Position numbers and translations under genes: made by a program. DNA of 64,000 nucleotides from the human T2T-CHM13v2.0 reference genome, Homo sapiens: the NCBI RefSeq assembly GCF_009914755.1, contig NC_060928.1; one strand, given 5' to 3'. Under the pieces are notes generated by a model. That model was given only the letters and a program-made list of their open reading frames with translations. It was not told the DNA's origin and made no database searches. This document shows, piece after piece, positions 1 to 14,475 of the stretch; the first letter of the stretch is position 1, and every line of letters begins with the position of its first letter.

Positions 1-54
1 TATTATATTATCTCTATTTTCTGCTAGCCTGTTTGCTCTGTTTGTGTCTGCCTG

Positions 55-146
55 GTTCATCACTTATCTCCAGAAACTTGCATGTTACCTAGCACATAGT
101 AGGTGTACTATAATATTTGACAAGTGCAAAAATAAATGAATAAATA
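55..146 (+). mobile_element. L2 LINE 3' end fragment
   Basis: cctagcacatagtaggtg...aataaatgaataaat resembles the L2 3' terminus; boundaries approximate. Confidence 0.6.
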
Positions 147-1039
147 ATTACAGCCATCCTGAATAACTACCACTGCCAGTTACAGGATTTCCCAACCTGA
201 CTCCAGCCTGCTTGATCAGTGTTTCCAATGAGCCTACCTTTAGGTCTAGTGGAAGATCTGACCCATTAGTTTCTCAGCTCAACCAGTTCTTTCTGCCCAA
301 CATTTTCAGAGCTGACTCCAGTTCTGTACTACCTCCCTGAGGGATGTTGGGCAAGTCATCTCTCCTCCTTGTTCTTCAGGTGTCTCATCAAGACAGTGTA
401 ACTCTGGGCTCCAACAGCTCTGACAAAAGAGTATTCAGATCATCATTTAAGACAAAATGAAAATTGTGGAGGGAAGGATATATCAGGAAATCTTTCAAGT
501 CAGCAATTCATTCTGAGAATAAAGGAGCAATTCTCTGAGTCCAGAGCTGTGGGTGGTGGGGACAGAGAGGGCCACCTAATTGCCCCCAGCTGCCAGCTTC
601 AAGTCTGGGAAACTTGTCAAACCAGGCGCTGTGTTTTGTAATCTCTTTCAACAGGCTGTACACACAGAGGCATTGTGGATGGATTTGTGGTGCTAAAGTA
701 CGCACGCCCTTTCCGGAGGGGCAGTGCCTTTGAATATTTAACAAGGCAGGTAATTGTCCTAAATGAAGGTGGAATTGAGTTTTGTGGTTTGGGTCAGCTG
801 TGGCCTAAATTATGAAACTAAAAAGAGGATGGACAATTTTTATTGATTTGAGTCCAATTTTTTCTTTATTTGTTGCTTTAAATGTACGTACTTTTTCCCA
901 GCAGCTTCCTGTCTGGATAATAGAAAACTCTTTCTGTAAGTGGTTGACAGACTTTCATTCGTACCTGGGCTGCCAGGAGCCATTTGTAACTCCCATTCTG
1001 CATGTTTACAGTTCTCTGTATATCTGGGATTTATTTCTT

Positions 1040-1335
1040 TGTTTATTCATTCATTCAACCAGCTTTGATTGAATTCCTACTATGTGTATATGGAAAAAAA
1101 ATACTTGTTTTTTGCAAAAAAAAAAAAAAAAAAAAAGAGTAAAAATGTTTCAGCTCTCAAGAAGTTCCCAGTCTAGCAGAACAGGCATGTAAATCAGGAT
1201 ACACTGGCGATGTAATGGGTGATGTGTTATGATGAGGAAAGTGCAGAGTCCCCTAGGAGAAATAGACACAACTTATCCTGGCTTGGATTGGCCGTCAGAT
1301 AAGACATTTCAGCAGATGTTCCTCTGACTTGGTCT
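1040..1335 (-). mobile_element. L2 3' fragment containing an A20 run
   Basis: ttattcattcattcaacc...ttgaattcctactatgtg is the reverse complement of the L2 tail. Confidence 0.55.
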
Positions 1336-1527
1336 TCACTCATTTTATCTCAACACTTAATATTCAAGTTGGCAAACCATTAAACATCTGGTGGATTCTG
1401 CTTTCCATGCTGAGTTGGTTAGACTAGGTTTTAATGGGTTTCCTGGCATTCCTATAAAACTCTCTTAAAAGTCTAGGCTTTTCTTGCTTGGGAAATAGTG
1501 TATCAGAGATGCTAAGAGATTCATCTT

Positions 1528-1700
1528 TGAAATCAGACAGCATGGATCCAATTCTGGTTTCACTCCTCATTTGCTGTATCCCATAGGAAACATTTAAATG
1601 CCATGGCCCTACGTTTCCTATCTATAAAATGATGTGAATAACAGTCACCCCTTCATAGAGTTTCTGGAAAATAGCATTTAATTAATATCATCTGTGACAG
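1528..1700 (+). mobile_element. MIR SINE
   Basis: MIR core-like tttcctatctataaaatgatgtgaataacag. Confidence 0.6.
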
Positions 1701-1796
1701 TGAAAAAATATTAGTAACTCCATGAAAACTTACTGCATTTATAAGAAGAGGCCATTGGCATATATCAAATATACTGGAAAAATATGGAATTAGGTC

Positions 1797-2200
<404 letters not shown>

Positions 2201-2850
2201 TTAGCTCCAGACATCTGCTTAGGATGATATGAAACATGTCAACAAGAGTTACTTTGATTGCCTCAAGGCATAGTTGATAAATGTTTATGCATTGATCCAG
2301 AACTTACTTATTCATTAATAAAAATTGAGCACATCCTACTGACCTTGCCCTGGGCACTCAGGAAACTGATCCTGCAGCATGTGCGAAATGGACTTGTGCA
2401 CCAGAGATTAGGAGGGAGATTGAACATGATGTCTTTCAATTATTTCAAGGAAAAAAATTATGCAGACCTAGTTGGGGGTCAAAGAGGATTCCAAAGCTTT
2501 CAGGTTTCTCAGTGTGTATGACAAAAGGATAGGTTAGGATCAGAGATTCTTATGGTCATTGTGATGTGGGAGAACTGTCTGTGACTTACTCCACCTCTAG
2601 CTTTAACTGGCTCAGTGGCTCCTATATCCAGCCTTCCCCCAATAAATGCATAATAAAATAAACGTATTCTCCAATTCTCCCAGTACATTTGGGGCTTTGC
2701 TCATGCTGCACCCTCCCTCTGCAGCCCCTTATACCACTCTGGACTACCAAACTAGAGTGAAGCATTTTTTAGCATATGGCTTCTGTAACATCTTCTCTGA
2801 CTCCTGAGCAGAGAGAATTCATGACTTATTCTTCCCTCCAGTATGTCCCG

Positions 2851-3197
2851 TGTATTAGTCTGTTATCATGCTGCTTATAAAGTCATACCCAAGACTGGAT
2901 AATTTATAAGGGAAAGAGGTTTAACTCATAGTCCCATGTGACTGTGGAGGCCTCACAATCACGGCAGAGAGCAAAGTCACGTCTTACAAGGTGGCAAGTA
3001 AGAGAGCTTGTGTAGGGCAATTCCCATTTATAAAACCATCAGATTTCATGAGACTTAATCACTATCATGAGAACTGCATGAAAAAGACCCACCCCTGTGA
3101 TTCAATTACCTCCCACAGTCCCTCCCATGACTCATGGGAATTATGGGAGCAACAATTCAAGATGAGATTTGGGTGGGGACAGAGCCAAACCATATCA
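2851..3197 (-). mobile_element. THE1-type (THE1B/C-like) MaLR solo LTR
   Basis: tgtattagtc...gagatttgggtggggacagagccaaaccatatca is the reverse complement of a complete THE1 LTR. Confidence 0.92.
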
Positions 3198-3614
3198 ACC
3201 TGCGTGGGCAACCAGCATAGTTCTGTAGTTATTAATGGGTCATTAGACCTGCCTGCCTGTTCTTCACTGTGCTGTGAGCCACTGAAGAACAGGCCCTTGT
3301 TCTTTGTCATCTTTGTTTCTCAGGTGCCTCACATAGTCCCTGGCATGAACTGGGTGCTCTGTCAATACTGGTTCAATGAATCAGTTATTGGATCCGTTTC
3401 TGCTTCAAAAACCTTGGCCAGCTTGAAAGAACTATGCTGGTCTGGAAGAAGAGATGAAAAAAGAATTAACTAAAATGGATGTGGCTTTATATTTATGTGT
3501 CCACTCATCCCATGGAGATTATTTTCCTCATTACATGGATAATTTCCCTGGCTGCTGTGGTGGTAGTTAGGGTCGCATAGGCTTGACAAAAAGGTTGAGA
3601 TACAATCACATAAC

Positions 3615-3810
3615 TACATTCATTCATTCTTCTGTTCGTTCATTGGATATTTATTGACTTCTGTTTTGTGCAGAAACTGTGCTGGTGGTCAGGATATTAT
3701 ATTCTATGAAACAGATACTGCACTTGCCCTCAGAGAGCACAGAGTTTTCTGGGGAAGACGGATGTAAGTGCATGAGTGATTTGATTTTGTGAGAAGTGCA
3801 ATTAAAGCAA
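3615..3810 (-). mobile_element. L2 fragment
   Basis: cattcattcattc...atttattgacttctgttttgtgcag...gccctcagagagcacag. Confidence 0.6.
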
Positions 3811-4299
3811 GGGGACTGAAAGCAGTGATATGGCGGCTTTGTGAAAGATCAGCTTGGCTAAGCTTTACTCCCCAGAATTCTCTTTCTGTTGCGTTTGTTT
3901 CCAGGTTTCCAGTTAGGTTTTGCTGCAAAGATTTTTTTTTTTTTTTTTTTCAGATTAGAGAGCAGGAAGGGAGGCTTCAGCCATGCTGTAACAACACACA
4001 CCTTTTCCCAGTTAATCAAATGCTAGCGTCAGTGCTTCATTAAAGGAATTTTATCAATGTGATATAAAGTTCCAAATTAATTGAACTTTTTAGTTGATCA
4101 AGAGATAGTTATTCTAGATGAGTGTGGTTTCACAAAGAGACTTTAAAAAGCATCTTCATAATCAGATATTCCAAGCATTATCTGTGCCTGTAATTGCTTT
4201 CCTTTCCCCTTGGATCTTCCCTTCCTAACTGCCTGTCCTGTCAAGCTGGCTTAGTCCGCCCCCACAATTGTGTAAAGCAACTCCCTATAATAAATCCAT

Positions 4300-4412
4300 G
4301 CACACACACATGAATATATACATACCCATGATATGCGTGACACATATACAGGTGCATGTTTGTATATGCATATGCATGTATATAAATATGTATGTGTATG
4401 CATGCTACATGT
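4300..4412. repeat. CA/TA/TG-rich degenerate microsatellite
   Basis: Alternating purine-pyrimidine low-complexity tract. Confidence 0.7.
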
Positions 4413-4469
4413 GTCGAATTCAGCTGCTCTGGTTGAAGCTTGCCTAATACCTATGAACATGTAATGCAG

Positions 4470-4680
4470 CTCAATGGTTCAGAGAAGGCCTCTTAGAGGA
4501 AGTAAGTTGAGATATGGAGGATGAATAGGAATAAAAATGAGCTAGCAGGGACCTGTGTGATGCCTGTCGCCAGAGTGGGTGTGGCTGTAGATAGAATGGG
4601 AAGAGGTGACGCTGGGGAGTTGGCAGGGGCCAAACCCTGAGAATCCATGTAGACATGGTGAAAGATATGGTGGTTTCTAT
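4470..4680 (-). mobile_element. L2 fragment
   Basis: cagagaaggcctcttagaggaag...gctggggagttggcaggggcc is typical of antisense L2. Confidence 0.5.
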
Positions 4681-5714
4681 TTTTGTATTTGTTTGTTTTG
4701 ATAAGGCTGTAAAGGAATTCAGGAAGACTGAAAATAGTTCCAGCAACAATCCAATAGTTGTCCAGAGAACTGGGTATCACTATTCAGAATACAGCTGAGG
4801 TTCTAATAGTTTAATATACATGTAATTTAATTTCTTCATTTCTGCCACTGGTTGCCTGCTATCTCTTCCTGTTATGCTACTCATTAGCTTCTTCGAAGCT
4901 CAAGACTTCTGTTTACTGCCTTTCTTTGGATGTTCTCTACAACTTCTTGTTTGCATCATAGAGACTGACAGGTGATATAATTTCTGGACATGGGTTTATG
5001 ACAATCTCTACTGGGTTTTAAGACTATTTTGGATAACAGCCTTCTTTTTTTAATTATCTCTCTTGCATCTCACCATTATCATGCAAGCAATCTTGCTGAA
5101 AGCACTAGAGACAAAGTTAACCTGAAGAACATTGTGGAAGAAGTTTGCCCATGGGCATGGCCAGGTCTCTCCTTGCTCAATATGGGTTCATTGCCAAAAA
5201 TCAGACTCAGCCTTGCTAAATTGCAGATGCTTGGTCAAAATTTGCCTCTTTCCAGACTTTTAGATTATATCCGACATGTAAACAAGAACATATTCTTGGT
5301 ACTGATATATCAACTGTTATTCTATGTTCATTTTTGTGTGACTACCACTTAGCAGTAATAAAACCTTTAAAAAGAAACTATGGCTGTATGGGCTATTTAT
5401 AAGCCTTGATTAATTCTGGACTTAATAGTAACAGATTAACTCAGAGAGTTACTCACTTCAGATAACTGTTGATAATGAAACCTTGGGATGAATGAAGGCC
5501 CAATATGCTTTTCTTGAAAAAGTATGTACACTAGAAAGAAAATGTTACTATATTTGCTATGTGATCAGCTTAATCATCAATATGTAATCAATATATAATC
5601 ATTAGAGTTAACAAATAGAAACTTCTGATTCTTTCTTAGAAATGCTAAAACCACTTTACCTAGGTTTTTCTCAGTGTTGCCATGTTCTGCAGCTCTCTTC
5701 TTGGGAGAAGCGGT

Positions 5715-6035
5715 GCAGGGGACTGAATGTTTGTGTCCTCCCCAAATTCATATGTTGAAACCCTAGTTCCAATGTAAGAGCATCTGGAGATGGGATCACT
5801 GGTACACTGGTAGGTAATGAGATTGTGAAGCAGAGCCCTCATGAAGGGGATTAGTGTCCTTATAAGAAGAGGCCAGAGAGCCAGCAGGACCTTTCGGCCT
5901 TGTGAGCACACAGCAAGAAGTCTGCAAAACAGAGGAATTATTACCCCTGCAAATATCGTAAGGGGTTGCTTCAGCCACATCCTTGAGGACCCAGCAGAGC
6001 TCCAGTGTGAATGAATAAAACATTTTTCTCTCAAC
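5715..6035 (+). mobile_element. MLT1A/B-type MaLR LTR (diverged)
   Basis: gactgaatgtttgtgtcctcccaaattcatatgttgaaaccct...gggattagtgtccttataagaagaggccagagag. Confidence 0.85.
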
Positions 6036-6595
6036 AGGGTTATGAAAGTGTTTTTACCACATATATCCTGTATACTGCAAAGGCAGTCTCAAATAACAAT
6101 ATCGTCTTGCTTAATATTAATAGAAGAACATTTCTCTAAGTAAAGTGTGAAGTAGAAGGCTATGACACAAGATTCAGAATTTTGCTCCTTTTAAGTCTCT
6201 GTAGCTTTTTGCTCAAAGGTACTAGCTTTGAGACTGATCAACTTTTGTGTTTATGCTCTGTTAAAGAATTTATACTCTTCCCGAGGCATGTTTGTCTCTA
6301 CCAAACTAACATTTATATCATTATTTTAGCTCCACTTTCTCCATGGTAACAAAGTGATATTTAGATCATGCTCTCTACTTTCCACTTGTGTAATAAGAGG
6401 TTGGACTAAAGGGTGGTGAGGATTCTTCTAGCTCTAACATTCATAACAATCCTGAGCACACTAGGGTTGCCCTGCTTTATGAGGCAAACCTTGGAAACTT
6501 AAATTCTCTTTCTTTAGTAACAAAACAATACATAAAAAAGAAATGAAAAACAACAAAAAAGCTGGCTGTTATCACCGACTCCCAATAGAAAGCCA

Positions 6596-6690
6596 TATAT
6601 ATGTAGATATAGGTAATATGTAGATATACGCATATATGTAATTATGTAGATATATATACATAATAAATATATATATATACACACACATAA
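6596..6690. repeat. (TA)n-rich simple repeat
   Basis: Direct inspection. Confidence 0.8.
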
Positions 6691-6694
6691 TTAT

Positions 6695-6925
6695 CAACAG
6701 CTAAAATTTTATTGTGTGCTTCATACATACCAGACGCTGAAATAAACTCCTTATATTTACACATTCATTTAGCTCCCAGAGCAGCCAGCCCTGGAGAATA
6801 TAATTTCCAATTGACAGTTGAGTCAATGGAGGCTCACAGCTATAACTTGTTTGAGGTCATACGACTAGAAGGTGTAAGGATTTAGACTGAAACCTAGACT
6901 CAGACATAAAAGCCTTTGCGCCATA
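6695..6925 (-). mobile_element. MIR SINE
   Basis: acagctaaaattttattgtgtgct...ttgacagttgagtcaatggaggctcacag, antisense MIR. Confidence 0.6.
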
Positions 6926-7046
6926 CCAATATTATCTACAGCCTCTTTGCCTTTGATTTCCCCTAAAACAGAGTGTCCTGTGGCTATGTAATACCTGCAT
7001 AAAACTGAGACCATTTGGCACTTTCTTACAGAAATGAAAAGTCTGT

Positions 7047-7357
7047 GGCAGGGCGCGGTGGCTCACACTTGTAGCCCCAGTACTTTGGGAGGCCAAGGCG
7101 GGTGGATCACGAGGTCAGGAAATCGAGACCATCCTGGATAACAGGGTGAAACCCCATCTCTACTAAAAATGCCAAAAAAAAAAAAAATTAGCTGGATTTG
7201 GTGGCGAGTGCCTGTAGTCCAGCTACTCGGGAGGCTGAGGCAGGAGAATGGCATTGGAGCTTGCAGTGAGCCAAGATCGCACCACTGCACTCCAGCCTGG
7301 GCGACAGAGCGAGACTATCTAAAAAAAAATAAAAATAAAAAAAAAAAGAAAAGAAAA
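7047..7357 (+). mobile_element. Alu, AluY/Sc8-like, with a small right-arm deletion
   Basis: ggatcacgaggtcagg..atcgagaccatcctgg, gagaatggc, ggagcttgcagtg diagnostics; TSD aaatgaaaagtctgt (7032-7046) / aaatgaaacgtttgt (7358-7372). Confidence 0.95.
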
Positions 7358-8224
7358 AAATGAAACGTTTGTAACAGTATGGAATGCTGTGTCTGGAGGC
7401 ACCTGAAAGTCCTTTTATTTGCCATCTTGTCTCAACTCATTTCTGTGTCTGTAGCACTTGCCAGCACTTGTAAACAGTAATACTGAGCAACTGTAGAAAG
7501 GCAATGGCTTGAGCTTCTTAGCACAGAAATTCCTCCTAACATCTTTTTATAGTTTGTTTAAAAGTCTCTGTGTCCTCTGTGGAAATGGTGGATAAAGAGG
7601 TAATGTATACACTCCGATCTGTGTAACTCCATTATGAGTGTATCCCAGGGCCATTAAGAGCCCTTCAATTGTTTATTTTGCCTCGCTTTGTCAATATTTG
7701 ATGCTCATAGCAGGTGAGAGTAGGGAGAAAACCAATCTCATTTGCAAGATTGCTGGAACCCACCTTTGTAATGACTAACCACAGAAACAAACCAAATGTC
7801 AGTGAAGCAGTGAAACTTGTGTGTCTGGATATAACTGCTGACTTCGTGGCCAAGGGACTGTGGAAATAAAAAAAACACTAGTTATGTTCTAGACCATTAA
7901 ATAGTCCCTATTTAAAATCTTTGAAGATGCAAATAAAATAAAATAAAATAAACCAGATGAAGAACCACTGACACAGGCTCTGAAGGCCCTGGTTCTTTTA
8001 GGGCTCTTAGAATAACATGGAGATTTTTCTGTTGCCACTGAGGTGTTGGTTCTGCCTCATATGTAAGCCAAATCATGGTTTTCAAGACTTTACCCCACTT
8101 ACTTTCACACAGATTTGTTATCAACAGCCCCTAGAAACAATAAGCAAATATGACCGTAATATTGTAACATGGAAAACAAAATTACCCTTCAACTTGAAGA
8201 GGTGAAGTAACTTCCTAAGCACTT

Positions 8225-8370
8225 CGTCTGTAGGAACTTGGGAAAATTATTTGACCTGTGTAAGTCTTGAATTTCTCTTGTGTAAAATGGGAATATAAAT
8301 ACCTGTTTTGAAGGCTTAGTATAAAGATCAAGGGAAATCATGCAGGTAAGTAAAATTTATGTTTTAGGTG
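8225..8370 (+). mobile_element. MIR SINE
   Basis: aacttgggaaaattatttgacctgtg...tttctcttgtgtaaaatgggaata. Confidence 0.65.
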
Positions 8371-8371
8371 C

Positions 8372-9310
<939 letters not shown>

Positions 9311-9849
9311 TTGTTCAGATCATTTGCATCTTAACCCCACCATCACAGAACCGTAAAAAGAGTGTAGCATGCTGGGCAGAGGCAAGGACCCACTCAGGTC
9401 CAGAAAATCATAGATTTTTCTCTCCTGACTTGCTATAATGGAATCATGATAACTAATGAAATCTCTCTTCACCTTTCTCTTTATTCATGCTATCATTCCC
9501 AATGAGTTTCTGCTAGACAAACCAACACATCTCAGTATAAAATGATTTTTTGGTCATTTCATTCTGTCCCTCTATGTGCACCAATGCAAACCTTAAAGGA
9601 ATATGTTATAGAGGCAGACTCCTCACTTACTATGAGGTACTGCTAGCCAAAGTGATCCCTATAGATGCCTTTCCTGAAAGGAGCTCACTCCACCCAAGAC
9701 TGCAAGCCTAACTCTGCAGTCCAGAGGAACATGGCAATGAGATGCTGGCAGGACTTGTGTAGCAAGGATTTAGCTTTGTTGAACTTCTGTGTTAGTTGTT
9801 TTCCTCTCTTTTCCCTGGAATATAGTATTTTAGAAAAAAAAAAAAAAAG

Positions 9850-9950
9850 CAAACATTCATTCATTTTAATGTAATGCTTCTGTGCCAGGCACTGCATCCA
9901 GTATTGAAGATACAAATGCAAGTGAATGATAACTATTGCTCTTCAGACTG
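9850..9950 (-). mobile_element. L2 3' fragment
   Basis: cattcattcatttt...tgcttctgtgccaggcactgcatcc. Confidence 0.6.
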
Positions 9951-10221
9951 GTTGCCCTAATTGTCTGTCAAATGAATAGCCATGTACACAAACATTTCCC
10001 TATTCAATTCCCAAATACCAATACCTGGATTTGGCACTACACAGGATGAGAGTTGGACAATGCAGAAGTCAGCCACTGCTTGTTAAGGGGAAGAGGCATA
10101 CACAACATATGATAAGAGGTCGGAAATAAGTGCTACGAGAAAAATAAAAGCTAAGTATAATGGATATTTGAAAGAAGATGGTATATTTTGTTGAGAGGCA
10201 GAGGATATTAAGAGCAAAATG

Positions 10222-10365
10222 GCTCACAGCCCTCAGAAGGAACAAACCCTGCAGCCACCTTGATTGCAAACTTCTGACATCCAGAACTGTGGAATAATAA
10301 ATTACTTTTGTTTAAATCCCCCAGTTTGTGGGACTTTGTTATGGCAGGTCTAGCAAAGTACTACA
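10222..10365 (+). mobile_element. MLT1 (B/C-like) LTR 3' fragment
   Basis: ccctcagaaggaacaaaccctgcagccaccttgatt...ccagaactgt...gtttgtgggactttgttatggcag. Confidence 0.8.
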
Positions 10366-10985
10366 CTTGGAGACTGGAAGGTATAGATTGGGAGGAGGCA
10401 GGTGGAACCTGGAGCATGGACAGAGGAGAATGTGGACTAATGCTGAAGAGCCAGGTTGGGGCCATGTTGGGAATCCCAGAGAGGGGAAATTTGGATTTAA
10501 TCTGATGAGCAGATGGTGTTTATAGAGAATATTTGAGCAGCAAAGAAGCATGGTAGAAAATGGTTCCAGTTGTAGAAACCACTAGCAGAACTTGAAACTA
10601 CTGCTCAAGGTTCTTGGTGCAAGTGTAAGAGGATTATTGAGGAGTCTATACTTAGCTATGTGCAAACATGAAGTGGTATTATATGTTTCCAGTCATGGAT
10701 TTAATTGTACTATATGAAACGTGCATTCCTTTTTCTTGATGACATTTTTGGTATTTTATAAAATTTATGGTTATTTGTCAGTGATAACATTAAAACTCAG
10801 CCCATTCTAAGTTAAAACTGTAATGTCGTATCCAATTAAAGCTTTCTTCTTCATCACAGGCTACTGGCTGTTAGAATAAGGACTGAGCCAAGGGTTAGAA
10901 GATGGCTGCAATTTGTTTTTCAGTTCTGCTTTTTTTTTTTTATCTTTATATTGGAAGGAGATAGGACATCTAAGGAATGACTTGA

Positions 10986-11353
10986 TGTCATAGTCTATTT
11001 TAGGCTGCTATAATGGAATACCACAGACTAGGTAATTTGCAATGAACATACATTTATTTGGTTTATGGTTCTGAACACTGGGAAATCAAAGATTAAAGAG
11101 TCACAGCTGGTGAGGGGAATCTTGCTGCAACATCCCATAGTGGAGGTGAGAGGTTATGAGAGGGCAAGAGAAAGTGATGAAGAGAGGACTGAACTCTTTT
11201 ATAACAAATCCACTTTTGCCATAATGATTCTCCTCTTGTGACAGTGACATTAATCCATTCATCACCTCTTGAACGTCCCACCTCTCAACACTGTTTCATT
11301 GGGGATTTAGTTTTCAACACATGAACTTTGGGGGACACATTCAAACCATAGCA
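10986..11353 (-). mobile_element. MSTC/MSTD/MLT1A-type MaLR solo LTR
   Basis: tgtcatagtc...ggggacacattcaaaccatagca; 5-bp TSD cttga/cttgg. Confidence 0.88.
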
Positions 11354-11604
11354 CTTGGGATTGTCTTGTAACTGGCTCTATGTCAGTGGTAGGAAGGTAC
11401 CTGGTGATTGACTTATTCTGTCTTTAGCTCATAGGGTTACATCTGAAGCTGAAGAATTTTGCCAATGTTCAGGTCAATGTGTAGATGTTGGATATATTTA
11501 GAGCAGTGTTTACTCTTACCCAGTCCTCTCTGCCTAACCCTAACCCCAACTCTGATAGTAACCCTCCATCACTGAGCACCTCATTATCTTTTATAGAAAA
11601 AGTG

Positions 11605-11996
11605 GTGCTTTAGGTTCCTAGAAGTGTAATTACCAAGTACTGCTGAAATGGTTGACCTAAACAATAGAAATTCATTTTCTCACATTTCTGAAGTTAGAAG
11701 TCCAAGATTAAGGTATTGGCAGGTTTGCTTCCTTCTGAAACCCATCTACTCAGCTTGTAGATGGCTGCCTTCTTGCTGTGTTTTTCCTGTGCATGTATGC
11801 TCCTGGTGTATCCAAATGTTCTCTTGTTATAAGCACACCAGTCAGACTGATTAAGGGCCCACACACATTGTACCAGCCTATTTACACTTAATCACTTTAT
11901 TAAAGACCCTATTTCCAAATACACTCACATTCTGAGGTACTGATGGTTAGAGCTTTAACATATGAATTTGGAGGGGTCACAATTCAGCCCCAAACA
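11605..11996 (-). mobile_element. MLT1B-like MaLR solo LTR
   Basis: aaagaccctatttccaaatacactcacattctgaggtactg...catatgaatttggaggggtcacaattcagccc. Confidence 0.88.
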
Positions 11997-12533
11997 GGAA
12001 GACTGTAGATTAGGTTTCTGTTTGATGGTGGTACAGCTTATTCCCCCATCTCCTTCTAAAGTCTGGAAATGCTGTCATCTCACCCAGTTGCTGGTAGACC
12101 TTTTTGGAATTTGGAATTATTAGTGCTTCTTGTTTTCCTCTATGGGTTCCACTAACTAATTCTGGAGCATCTGGAACATCCTCACTTGAAGTTCTTTGAA
12201 GAAATATTCTGAAAATTCTGAATAGCATGGCATTCAGGAAGAGAAAGTAGGTAGCCAGAGTCACAGCCATTGGTCTTGTGGACACTACTGCTATGTCTTT
12301 GTATGGCAGAGGCAGCAACCACCAAATTCCTGCTATAGTTGCCTATTGGGCTCCATGTTCCTTGCAGGTAGGTGGAGCCATGTGGCTGAGTTCTAGTCAA
12401 TGGAATTTGGGCAGAGGTGATGTAAGGCACTTCTAGACGTGGCCCCTAAACAATCTGCATGATCCTCTACCACTGTCTCCAATTCTGCTCATCTACTGGC
12501 CAGATGCAGAAGATTAAGTGGAAGACTCTGAGG

Positions 12534-12907
12534 TGCCGCAGTGCTAGCGTGTTCCCCCAAATTCATATGTTGAAGTCTTAACCCCCCAAATAATGCAGAA
12601 TCTAACTGCATTTAGAGATAGGGACTTTAAAGACATAATTAAATGAAAATGAGGCCTTTGGAGTGGGCCCTAATCCAATCGGAATAATGTCATTTTAAGG
12701 AAAAGAAATTAGGACGCAGACATATACGGAAACACAGGAAAAAGATACCTATCTACAAGCCAAAGAGAAAGGCATCAGGAGAAACCAACCCTCCCAACAC
12801 CTTGATCTTGGGTTTTTATCCTCCAGAACAGTAAGGAAATAAATTTTTGTTGTTTAAGCCACACAGTCTATGGGACTCTGTTATGAAAGCTTTAGCAAAC
12901 TTACACA
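12534..12907 (+). mobile_element. MLT1B-like MaLR solo LTR
   Basis: cccccaaattcatatgttgaagtcttaacccc...gggccctaatccaat...gttgtttaagccacacagtctatgg. Confidence 0.9.
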
Positions 12908-12990
12908 TGGGCAATGGCTGGATCACTAGATGAAATGAACTTCAGTCCCTGAATGACTTTGTGGAGCAAAGCCCCCACTTCTGGCTCACT

Positions 12991-13512
<522 letters not shown>

Positions 13513-13543
13513 TAGATGGTGGTGTTAGATCTGTTATAGTGAC

Positions 13544-13900
13544 TGTATTAGTCCATTCTCATGCTGCTATAAAGAACTGCTCAAGACTGGGTAATTTGTA
13601 AAGGAGAGTCTTAACTGACTCACAGTTCCACATGGCTTGGGAAACCTCAGGATACTTGCAATTGTGGTGGAATGCACCTCTTCACAGGGTGGCAGGAGAG
13701 AGAATGAGTGCCAAGCAAAGTGGGAAGCCTCTTATTAATCCATCAGATCTTGTGAGAACTAACTCACTATCACCAGAATAGCATGGGGGAAACTGTGCCT
13801 CCATGGTTCAATTATCTCCATCTGGTCCCACCCTTGACATGTGGAGATTATTACAATTCAAGGTGAGACTTGGTTGGGAACATAGAGCCAAACCATTTAA
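13544..13900 (-). mobile_element. THE1D/MSTA-like MaLR solo LTR
   Basis: tgtattagtccattctcatgctgctataaag...cacctcttcacagggtggcaggagagagaatgagtgcc; TSD gtgac/gtaac. Confidence 0.9.
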
Positions 13901-14284
13901 GTAACGAAGTCAATACTGACTAATACAGCTTGGTAATTCTGCTTAAAACACTGAAGTTATTAGACAGTGGGTACTCTTCCTACCACTAGGGCCAATGTAC
14001 CTTGTAGACACTACATTTCTGCTCCTCTGGCCACTGTCTCTGGTGCTAAAATGAATTCTCCACCGTCCCTGAATCTTTGCAAAACGAAGTACAGATTCAA
14101 AGACTGGTGTGTGATTTGATGACACACCTTCCATGTTCTTGTTGCCAAGGGGACTGTGAAAATAAAAATTTGGACTTCTCTGTTTTCTTTTGAGAAATGA
14201 TCTGTTTTTAGATTATTCCATGGAGTAAGGGTTTCTCCATAGAAGGAAAAAAAAAATAACAATTGTCCTTTATAGATATGTTGC

Positions 14285-14475
14285 TCTACTATTAATTAGC
14301 TATGAAAACTTGGACAAATAATTTAACTTCATTAAGCCTGATCAGCACTTTCAAAATGACTAAAATGATAGCTATCTGTGAGATATTTATCATGAGAGTC
14401 TATGGAGACAACACTTGTAAAATGTTTAGCACATGTGCCTGGCACATAGAAAGCAACCGGTAAACGTTAGCAATC
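14285..14475 (+). mobile_element. MIR SINE
   Basis: ttagctatgaaaacttggacaaataatttaac...cacttgtaaaatgtttagcac..gcctggcacatag. Confidence 0.7.

Noticed and set aside
2991-3473. Longest ORF (160 aa) as a gene
   Set aside because: The first half is THE1 LTR and the rest is L2-like or unique sequence; non-ATG start, no recognisable domain
11605-12907. Head-to-head MLT1B pair as a functional inverted repeat
   Set aside because: Independent old insertions, too diverged from each other for a stable duplex
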